From assembly GCA_029861705.1 (NCBI GenBank), contig JAOTYW010000001.1, positions 1-46,990 on the forward strand: a stretch of DNA of 46,990 nucleotides, written 5' to 3'. The stretch comes from Flavobacteriaceae bacterium (lineage in GTDB: Bacteria; Bacteroidota; Bacteroidia; Flavobacteriales; Flavobacteriaceae). Below are positions 40,162 through 46,990 of this stretch, piece after piece. The position numbers and the translations under genes were made by a program. Position 1 is the first letter of the stretch; every line of letters starts with the position of its first letter. The notes under the pieces are model-generated. The model had not been told where the DNA came from, ran no database searches, and worked only from the letters and a program-made list of their open reading frames with translations.

Positions 40162-42012
40162 ATGGGAGAGTTAAAAGTAAAAAAGCTAAGCTCTAATCAA
40201 GACAAAGTTGTTTATATAGACCACCTCTTAACAGACATAAAGGCATTGGACGAGATGCTCGACAAAGGGATGTTTGAAAAGGAGCCAATCCACATAGGCG
40301 CCGAACAGGAATTTTGCCTTACGAATGAAAATTGGGAACCAGCCACGAACGCAGATGCTTTACTTAAAGAGATAGACGATCCGCATTTCACCTCAGAACT
40401 TACAGTGTATAATTTGGAAATCAACCTGCCCCCTTTAAAGCTTGAAGGCAAATGTTTTTCTGAGCTTCACAAGGAACTTAGGAGATTACTTAAGAAGGCT
40501 TCAGATGTAGCCGATAAGCACAACACGAAAATCATTCTTACGGGCATTCTTCCAACGGTAACACCCGACAATTTGGGCCCGGACTCTATGACGCCACTTG
40601 ATCGATACAAAGTTTTAAATGACGCCCTGATTGATATTAGACAAGACAAAATTGAATTGCACATTAAGGGAGTAGATGAGGTTAACCTGCACCACGACAA
40701 CATCATGTATGAAGGGTGTAATACAAGCTTTCAATCGCACTTACAAATAGACCCTGATGATTTCGCAAACAGCTACAACTGGGCGCAAGCTATTTCAGGA
40801 CCCATCCTTTCCGTGTGTACGAATTCTCCTTTGCTGATGGGAAAAGAACTATGGGAAGAAACCCGGATTGCGTTATTCACACAAAGTATTGATACAAGGG
40901 CCAGCACACACATGCTTAATGAGAAAGAATCCAGAGTTGGTTTTGGCAATAATTGGGTTCAGGGCTCTGTATCCGACTTTTATAAAAATACAGTGATCAG
41001 CTTTAGAAGCTTGCTCACCTCCAAATTTGAGACAGATAGCCTTACAGTGTTGAAAAACGGCACCATTCCTAAACTTCGGGCTTTAAACTTGCACAACGGC
41101 ACAATCTATAAATGGAACAGGGTATGCTACGGTGTTACCTCAGATAAACCACATATTCGGATTGAAAATCGCTATATGCCTTCTGGCCCCACTACTAGCG
41201 ACGAAATTGCGAATATGATGTTGTGGGTAGGGGTTATGATGGGCAGACCAAAGTCATTTGACAACATCCATGAAAAAATGGATTTCAAAGATGCTAAGAG
41301 CAACTTTTTTAATGCAGCCAGATATGGCATGCGCGCTCAGTTTCATTGGGATGGTAATTTGATCAGCAGTCAAAGTATATTATTAGATCATTTCTTGCCA
41401 ATGGCCTACAGGGGATTGTACCGAATGGGTGTGGCTCCTGAAGATGCAGAAAAGTATCTTACAATTATTGAAAACAGGGTCCGATCGAGAAACGGATCCA
41501 GATGGATGATAGAGGCGTTAAGAAAATTAAAAAAATCACACAAAACACCTGAAGCACTTAGGATCCTTGTTGCGTCAATGCATGACAGGAGAACCAAGCA
41601 TTATGCCGTAGATGCCTGGCAGTTACCGCGTGGCAATGAATATAAGAACCCGGAATCACGAAAAAAGGTTCATGATATTATGACGACTAGAATGTTTACC
41701 GCCCAGGAAAGTGATAGCGCGGAGCTTGTGGCGAGAATGATGGAATGGAAAAATGTCCACCATGCTCCAATTTTAGATCACTACTCCAATCTAACAGGAA
41801 TATTATCATGGTCAGATATTAAGGATAGTGTAAATTCGCCGGAGAAATTAAAGGAAACAATTAGTCAGCTGATGAATTCAGATCTTATTACGGTAGGCCC
41901 TTACACCCCGAAGGATGAAGCGGAAATGCTGATGAAAGAGAACAATATTCATTGTTTGCCGGTTGTATATGACAAAAAGTTGATTGGCATAGTTACTTCG
42001 AATGACCTATAA
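40162..42012 (+). CDS. Glutamate-cysteine-ligase-family-2-like carboxylate-amine ligase fused to a C-terminal CBS domain pair
   Basis: The ORF-track start at 40102 is a TTG; the first ATG is at 40162 (MGELKVKK...). The N-terminal ~480 aa carry GCS2-like blocks (HIGAEQEFCL, NTSFQSHLQI, IENRYMPSGPT). The C-terminus has two CBS motifs (VHDIMTTRMFTAQESDSAELVARMM...HAPILD...LTGILSWSDI and ISQLMNSDLITVGPYTPKDEAEMLMKENNIHCLPVVYDKKLIGIVTSNDL). Confidence 0.7.
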   Translation: MGELKVKKLSSNQDKVVYIDHLLTDIKALDEMLDKGMFEKEPIHIGAEQEFCLTNENWEPATNADALLKEIDDPHFTSELTVYNLEINLPPLKLEGKCFSELHKELRRLLKKASDVADKHNTKIILTGILPTVTPDNLGPDSMTPLDRYKVLNDALIDIRQDKIELHIKGVDEVNLHHDNIMYEGCNTSFQSHLQIDPDDFANSYNWAQAISGPILSVCTNSPLLMGKELWEETRIALFTQSIDTRASTHMLNEKESRVGFGNNWVQGSVSDFYKNTVISFRSLLTSKFETDSLTVLKNGTIPKLRALNLHNGTIYKWNRVCYGVTSDKPHIRIENRYMPSGPTTSDEIANMMLWVGVMMGRPKSFDNIHEKMDFKDAKSNFFNAARYGMRAQFHWDGNLISSQSILLDHFLPMAYRGLYRMGVAPEDAEKYLTIIENRVRSRNGSRWMIEALRKLKKSHKTPEALRILVASMHDRRTKHYAVDAWQLPRGNEYKNPESRKKVHDIMTTRMFTAQESDSAELVARMMEWKNVHHAPILDHYSNLTGILSWSDIKDSVNSPEKLKETISQLMNSDLITVGPYTPKDEAEMLMKENNIHCLPVVYDKKLIGIVTSNDL

Positions 42013-43219
42013 CACATCCCTACTTAATAAGCGTACAGAAAAAATCAAGCAAAAAAGATTGATCGGCCATTTAAAGAGAGGCACAGGAGGCCCCACTTTA
42101 ATTTTCTTTGGGGGTATTCACGGGAATGAACCCTCCGGCGTTTCTGCCCTTGACGGACTTTTCAATACTTTGGAAAGACGAAAAAACGAATTTCAGGTAA
42201 ACGGGGAGATATTTGGATTGTGCGGAAACCTTCCGGCGCTTAAAGGAGGAGTGAGATTTGTTGATCGAGACCTTAATCGGTTATGGACTCCGCCAGAACT
42301 GGATCGCATATTTGAAGGCAATGTGAACGATCTGAAAAGTGAAGAAACAGAGGCATTTGAGATCTATCATCTCTTGCGAGAAATATTATTAAATAGCGCT
42401 CCCCCTTTTTATTTTATTGATTTTCATACCACATCTGCAGACACCATTCCCTTTATCACCATAAATGACGCATTGATTAACAGAAAATTTGCTCAGCAAT
42501 TTCCGGTACCGATTATTCTTGGAATCGAGGAATATCTGGAAGGACCCTTGTTGAGCTTCATAAATACTAAAGGATATGTGTGTATTGGTTTTGAGTCTGG
42601 AAAACATTCAGATCCTGTGAGTATAACAAATAGTGAGGCAATGGCCTGGTTGTGTTTACAACAGGCCGGTGTTTTTAAAGAGGCCCCATCAGACCTTTTT
42701 ACAGAACAAAACAGGGTATTGGAAAATGCCACAAAAGGGAACACACATTTTTATGAAATAACATTTCGTGAATCTATTACCGATAGTGACAACTTTATGA
42801 TGTATCCTGGATTTGAAAATTTTGACTGGGTCAAAAAAGGTGTCTTGCTAGCCAATTTAAATGGCGAGGAAAAGGAAGCCACGAAAAACACCTTGATCTT
42901 TATGCCGCTCTATCAAAAGCAAGGAGAGGAAGGGTATTTTTATATTCGAAGAATTGGGAATTGGGCTCTGCGTCTTTCTGCAAGGATCAGAAAACTAAAG
43001 GCACATAAATGGATTACACTCCTTCCGGGCATACGAGGAACTAAAGAAGGCGGTTTAGGAGTAATGGTAGATCTTAGGGTGGCAAGATTTTTCTCTAAAG
43101 CCCTCTTTCATTTATTGGGATATAGAAGCAAGAAAATTGACAAGAACCATCTGGTGATCTACAATCGGGAACTAATGGCTAACAGTGACATGTATAAAGA
43201 TTGCCCCTGGTACAAATAG
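42002..43219 (+). CDS. Succinylglutamate desuccinylase/aspartoacylase (AstE/AspA) family zinc deacylase
   Basis: 405 aa. Zinc ligand motifs of the M14-like AstE/AspA fold: FFGGIHGNEPSG, DRDLNRLW and IDFHTTS. Its ATG overlaps the last 11 nt of the upstream gene. Confidence 0.75.
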   Translation: MTYNTSLLNKRTEKIKQKRLIGHLKRGTGGPTLIFFGGIHGNEPSGVSALDGLFNTLERRKNEFQVNGEIFGLCGNLPALKGGVRFVDRDLNRLWTPPELDRIFEGNVNDLKSEETEAFEIYHLLREILLNSAPPFYFIDFHTTSADTIPFITINDALINRKFAQQFPVPIILGIEEYLEGPLLSFINTKGYVCIGFESGKHSDPVSITNSEAMAWLCLQQAGVFKEAPSDLFTEQNRVLENATKGNTHFYEITFRESITDSDNFMMYPGFENFDWVKKGVLLANLNGEEKEATKNTLIFMPLYQKQGEEGYFYIRRIGNWALRLSARIRKLKAHKWITLLPGIRGTKEGGLGVMVDLRVARFFSKALFHLLGYRSKKIDKNHLVIYNRELMANSDMYKDCPWYK

Positions 43220-43225
43220 AAATAA

Positions 43226-45079
43226 CTACTGTTGATCCACTACCCAATAATTATTCTGTGGATTTATATCAGCCATTAATTGAGATGGATCTATTACCAC
43301 AGCCTTAACTCCTTCAAAAGGCCTTGAGATCGTAAACTCATACGATGGGTAAGCCCACGACCAATCAGGGAGTACGTTTCGATTGATTTGAGGATACGGA
43401 TTTGATTTTTCGCCACGCATCATGCGTAAGGGCAGATAAAAAGATTCCCGACTTCCATCCTGATAGACGACTAACAGATCTATAGGCATAGGCATTAAGC
43501 CCTCGCGTTCCAATATGATCTTAGTCTGGCCTTCATGCGCTGAAACTGAAGCAACGCTGTAATCTATAGTATTCGTAGTTTGTGTCCAGTCGGTCAGGTA
43601 CCAATCCAAATGCATTCCCGAAACCCTTTCTGCAGTTCGCTTGAAATCATTAGGGGTTGGATGTTTGAACTTAAAATCCTGATAGTATTTCTTAATTGTA
43701 TTCATCAGGTTTTCCTGACCAATAATATAGCCCAATTGTGCCAGGAAAACAGCCCCTTTACTATAAGCGGCAGCAGAATATGCGCTATTTATTTCATAGC
43801 GATCTGAATGGGTTGATTGTGGTTGTTCGTTTCCTGAAATGACATTTCCAAAATAACCCTCATACGACCCACGAAATGGATAATTCTCATTACGCTGCAT
43901 TATCTGATTCTTGCACAAACTTGATATAAATGACGTAAAACCCTCGTCCATCCAGGGATGTTTGGATTCATTATTTGCCAGGACACCATGAAACCAACTA
44001 TGAGCCATTTCATGAACCATAACACTAACCAAACCTTCGAAGGTTCCTTTACCCGTAATCAAGGTGCTCATCGGATACTCCATACCCCCATCGCCCCCTT
44101 GAACAACGGAAAATTGCCTATAGGGATATGGGCCAATATTGGTATTGAAAAACGCCATTGCCTCAGCTGTTTTGGGCTGTAAATTCTTCCAGTTATCAAT
44201 GATTTCAGGATCGTTTTTATAGAAGAAATGTAAATCGGGTCCGTTCTCCATAGGAAGGGTATCATGCAGGTAATCCGGATCTGCCCCCCACATAAAGTCG
44301 TGCACATTGGGTGCTTTAAAATGCCATGTCAGCGTTTGTACTTTCCCCTGTTTTCGAAGTTCCTTCTTAGTTAATTCGGCATACCCATGCCCGATCTCCT
44401 CCGCATTTTGAAGATATCCCGTACCCCCGATCACATATGCCCTATCAATGGTGATCTTGACATCAAAATCGCCCCAAACACCATGAAATTCCCTGGCGAT
44501 GTAGGGGTCATCATGCCACCCCTCATGGTCATATTCGGCTATTTTTGGATACCACTGGCTCATTGATAGCGCTACCCCTTCTTTACTATTCCTCCCTGAA
44601 CGCCTGATCTGTAGCGGAACCTGGCCTTTAAAATTCATATTGAGTTCTGTTGACCCACCGGGGAGTAAAGAACTGGCCAATTGTACTACCATAATAGTGC
44701 CTTCGAGCTCAAACGAAACCACCGCACCATCCTGATCCATGGCTGTGGCCCTGAGAAATCCGATCTCATTTTCTTTGAGTTCAGCAATTCTGCTTTTTCC
44801 GTCCACGAACATCCGTGAATCCGGGTCTTTGATATGCTGTAAACGCACATCCATTTCACTTTTTGGCTGGAATGCATTAAAGTACATATGATAAAAAACC
44901 CGATCTAATGTATCCGGAGAATTATTGGTATAAATGAGCTTTTGCGCTCCTGTAAACTGAAAGGATTCTACATCCATGACTACATCCATGTCATAAGCTA
45001 CATGTTGTTGCCAATAGTTGTGTTGACAAACTCCTGCTAATGGGAGTAGTAGTAAGAGAAGAGATTTGAAGTTTTTCAC
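43226..45079 (-). CDS. M1-family zinc metallopeptidase (aminopeptidase N-like), secreted
   Basis: 617 aa. Signal peptide LLLLLLPLAGVCQ. Gluzincin motif VHEMAHSWF, with the downstream ligand in WMDEGFTSF. The start is a GTG (complement of 45077-45079), and no alternative ATG precedes the signal peptide. Confidence 0.85.
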   Translation of the reverse strand: MKNFKSLLLLLLPLAGVCQHNYWQQHVAYDMDVVMDVESFQFTGAQKLIYTNNSPDTLDRVFYHMYFNAFQPKSEMDVRLQHIKDPDSRMFVDGKSRIAELKENEIGFLRATAMDQDGAVVSFELEGTIMVVQLASSLLPGGSTELNMNFKGQVPLQIRRSGRNSKEGVALSMSQWYPKIAEYDHEGWHDDPYIAREFHGVWGDFDVKITIDRAYVIGGTGYLQNAEEIGHGYAELTKKELRKQGKVQTLTWHFKAPNVHDFMWGADPDYLHDTLPMENGPDLHFFYKNDPEIIDNWKNLQPKTAEAMAFFNTNIGPYPYRQFSVVQGGDGGMEYPMSTLITGKGTFEGLVSVMVHEMAHSWFHGVLANNESKHPWMDEGFTSFISSLCKNQIMQRNENYPFRGSYEGYFGNVISGNEQPQSTHSDRYEINSAYSAAAYSKGAVFLAQLGYIIGQENLMNTIKKYYQDFKFKHPTPNDFKRTAERVSGMHLDWYLTDWTQTTNTIDYSVASVSAHEGQTKIILEREGLMPMPIDLLVVYQDGSRESFYLPLRMMRGEKSNPYPQINRNVLPDWSWAYPSYEFTISRPFEGVKAVVIDPSQLMADINPQNNYWVVDQQ

Positions 45080-45091
45080 TTTTACTGTTTA

Positions 45092-46729
45092 TTATATACG
45101 GACACGGCCCCTAGCTACACCATCTGCAAGGATCATAGCATTATATGCATTTACCATTCGACCGGAACTTGATATCTCGCCAAAGCCTTTGGCATTACTC
45201 GGATCACCGCTTAGAATAACACTATTTTTTGAACTTAAACCAGATTGCATAATGATCTTTTTTACCTGGGAGGCAGAAAGCTTTGGATAATAGGACATGA
45301 TCAAAGCAGCAACACCAGACACTGCAGGAGCAGCCATGGAGGTGCCACCCTGGGATTTATAGGTATTACCAGGCATGGTGGAATAGATGCCGGATCCCGG
45401 AGCAAATACATCTACATTTTTTTGACCATAGTTTGAAAAGGATGAGATCATCTCTGAACCATAATTCTGAGTGAGAGAACCCACTACAATGACATTATCT
45501 GATATTTCCTGGTCTGGGTTATTGCCATAGTCATTAGGATATTGGGTGTTCTCCACTGCATCGATATTTAACCCATCGTTCCCTGCTGCATGAACGATCA
45601 ACACATTTTTAGAGGCCGCATATTTAATGGCCTCATGCACCCAATCTGAATTTGGGGAAAAAGACTTTCCAAAACTGCAATTAATAATGCGAGCACCATT
45701 ATCCACAGCATATCGAATGCCTAGCGCTATGTCCTTATCATATTCATCGCCATTTGGGACAGCTCTGATGCTCATGATCTGAGCGTTATTAGCCACACCC
45801 TTTACACCCAACCCATTATTGCGCTCAGCAGCAATAATTCCAGCCACATGCGTTCCATGGTCTTCGTCTGGAAGCCTGTTTTGCGGATTTCCATCACCAT
45901 ATCCCATATCCATAAGATCATAGGGGTTGTCGCCTACGGCATCACGACCGCTAAAGTTCACATTGAGATTGTAATTCAGCTGATCTGAAAAATGTTTTAT
46001 CCCATCTTTTATTTCTTCAAGCAGATCAGGGATAGAATCGGAAAAATTGAACATCTGGAGTAGAACAGCAATATTTTGTTGGAGATTGGGATCTTCTGTT
46101 TTAATCGCTGAAACCTCCTTTTTTGTATAGTCTGCTTTTCCCAAATAGGTACTTACCGCTTCATGTGATTGACTAACGGCTTGAAGGATCTGTTCGTATT
46201 GGGTTTTATTCTGGCCAGCTTCTGTATAATCGGCTTCTAGTTTTGTTTTTGCCTTGGCTTGTAATGCAGCATCTCCCAATTTGAGCCTAAGGATTCGGGC
46301 CATCTCCAATTGCTCATTGTAAGATTCCCCAAGGAAATTATAGCCATGTATATCATCAACAAATCCATTTTTATCATCATCAACGCCATTACCAGGCCTT
46401 TCACCAGTGTTAGTCCATAAAACACCATCCAGATCTTCATGTTTCAGATCTATCCCGGAATCCAGGACAGCTACTACTACTTTCTTCCCTTTTCTAGTTC
46501 CAATGATCTCTGTATATGCTTTATTAAGACTCATACCGGGAATGGTATCAGTTATAAGATCTGCATGTGACCACGACTTCTCCTGGGCTTCTGTTAGCTC
46601 GGCAACTTTTAGCGGAACAGCGTCTATATTTTCAACAGGCGTACTTACGATAGCGGTGCTGCCACAGCCCATAAGAAGTAGTAATCCAATTGTTAAAAAT
46701 GGGGTAGTGGGGGAGAATTTTAGTTTCAT
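45092..46729 (-). CDS. S8-family subtilisin-like serine peptidase, probable lipoprotein
   Basis: 545 aa. Lipobox LLLLMGC. Catalytic triad contexts VAVLDSGID (Asp), HGTHVAGIIAA (His) and GGTSMAAPAVSG (Ser). Its stop lies 12 nt upstream of the M1 peptidase start. Confidence 0.9.
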   Translation of the reverse strand: MKLKFSPTTPFLTIGLLLLMGCGSTAIVSTPVENIDAVPLKVAELTEAQEKSWSHADLITDTIPGMSLNKAYTEIIGTRKGKKVVVAVLDSGIDLKHEDLDGVLWTNTGERPGNGVDDDKNGFVDDIHGYNFLGESYNEQLEMARILRLKLGDAALQAKAKTKLEADYTEAGQNKTQYEQILQAVSQSHEAVSTYLGKADYTKKEVSAIKTEDPNLQQNIAVLLQMFNFSDSIPDLLEEIKDGIKHFSDQLNYNLNVNFSGRDAVGDNPYDLMDMGYGDGNPQNRLPDEDHGTHVAGIIAAERNNGLGVKGVANNAQIMSIRAVPNGDEYDKDIALGIRYAVDNGARIINCSFGKSFSPNSDWVHEAIKYAASKNVLIVHAAGNDGLNIDAVENTQYPNDYGNNPDQEISDNVIVVGSLTQNYGSEMISSFSNYGQKNVDVFAPGSGIYSTMPGNTYKSQGGTSMAAPAVSGVAALIMSYYPKLSASQVKKIIMQSGLSSKNSVILSGDPSNAKGFGEISSSGRMVNAYNAMILADGVARGRVRI

Positions 46730-46759
46730 AAAAGTAAATTAAGGATTGTGTTTAGAGGA

Positions 46760-46767
46760 CAAAAATA
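46760..46767 (-). promoter_or_regulatory. Candidate -7 box (TATTTTTG) for the S8/M1 peptidase operon
   Basis: The reverse complement of 46760-46767 is TATTTTTG, which matches TAnnTTTG. It lies 30 nt upstream of the S8 ATG. I found no well-spaced -33 TTTG. Confidence 0.3.
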
Positions 46768-46818
46768 GACATATTCCAGTATATGATATTGTTAAGATTT
46801 CATCAAGAATAAGACCAA

Positions 46819-46990
46819 TTAACCAAAAATCTCATTAAATGTATGTGTGTGCTTGAGACGCACACCTCTCTCTGTGTGTTGCAGCGTGCACAATTCATGA
46901 TGCGCATCATGCTCCAAAAATAAAATATAGTCTTTATCGGCTGCCTCGGCTAAAAATGCTGCCTTTTCTTTTAGTGTTAACAAGGGGCGT
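46819..46990 (-). CDS. 3' end (56 codons plus stop) of an unidentified gene that begins beyond the window
   Basis: Open frame on the minus strand: ...RPLLTLKEKAAFLAEAADKDYILFLEHDAHHELCTLQHTERGVRLKHTHTFNEIFG*, with the stop at complement of 46819-46821. I do not recognise the family. Confidence 0.45.
   Translation of the reverse strand, partial: RPLLTLKEKAAFLAEAADKDYILFLEHDAHHELCTLQHTERGVRLKHTHTFNEIFG

Noticed and set aside
46896-46911. A perfect 16-bp palindrome, CATGATGCGCATCATG, near the window end.
   Set aside because: It lies inside the coding frame of the partial minus-strand ORF, where it encodes HDAHH. About 0.7 such palindromes are expected by chance in 47 kb, so no regulatory role can be argued.
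1-46990. The idea that the window contains the replication origin, because mnmG (gidA) and rnpA are classic ori-linked genes.
   Set aside because: The two genes are 39 kb apart here. dnaA, dnaN and rpmH are absent from the window. The only DnaA-box-like 9-mers are two single-mismatch hits in the rnr-rpiB spacer. I kept this only as a weak sub-hypothesis of that finding.
1-46990. A search for CRISPR arrays, insertion sequences, toxin-antitoxin pairs, restriction-modification systems and other defence systems.
   Set aside because: I saw no short direct-repeat/spacer arrays, no transposase- or integrase-like ORFs, and no nuclease, methylase or ATPase gene pairs. Apart from the few small spurious ORFs in spacers, every sizeable ORF is either assigned to a housekeeping, envelope or metabolic family or left unassigned (the partial ORF at the right edge), or is rejected as a frame artefact inside another gene.

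Overview
This window looks like a chromosomal segment from a Bacteroidota genome, most likely a marine Flavobacteriia member. That placement is an inference from four things: type IX secretion (T9SS) type-B C-terminal sorting domains, PorP/SprF genes, TAnnTTTG-type -7 promoter boxes, and short or overlapping gene junctions.

Most of the window is housekeeping. It carries mnmG (partial), ybeY, gltX, glnS, folB, tRNA-Cys, rnr, rpiB and rnpA. It also carries alkB, an SPFH protein, a LysE exporter, a CDF metal exporter, an ElaA-type GNAT, a Gfo/Idh/MocA oxidoreductase, an MBL-fold hydrolase, and S41, M1 and S8 peptidases.

The dominant feature is an operon-like block of about 18.8 kb (10330-29058). 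Its layout resembles the sprCDBF gliding-adhesin operon:
- a 753-aa Ig-repeat cargo with a type-B C-terminal domain (CTD)
- an unusual PorP/SprF barrel fused to a coiled-coil linker and two SPOR-like domains
- an uninterrupted 13.4-kb gene for a 4473-aa SprB-like repeat adhesin with a type-B CTD
- a plain PorP/SprF gene

The giant gene is built hierarchically. Units of about 80 aa are grouped into two different 7-unit super-repeats that were themselves duplicated.

The other candidates I would follow up are:
- a translationally coupled pair: a GCS2-type carboxylate-amine ligase fused to a CBS pair, plus an AstE/AspA-type zinc deacylase (40162-43219)
- a 1153-aa membrane and coiled-coil protein coupled to ybeY-mnmG
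- a 573-bp, very AT-rich, ORF-free spacer (33207-33779)
- a 381-bp ORF-poor spacer (36679-37059)

I saw no CRISPR array, rRNA, transposase, integrase or recognisable defence system. All family assignments come from motifs I read in the translations. None has been checked against a database.
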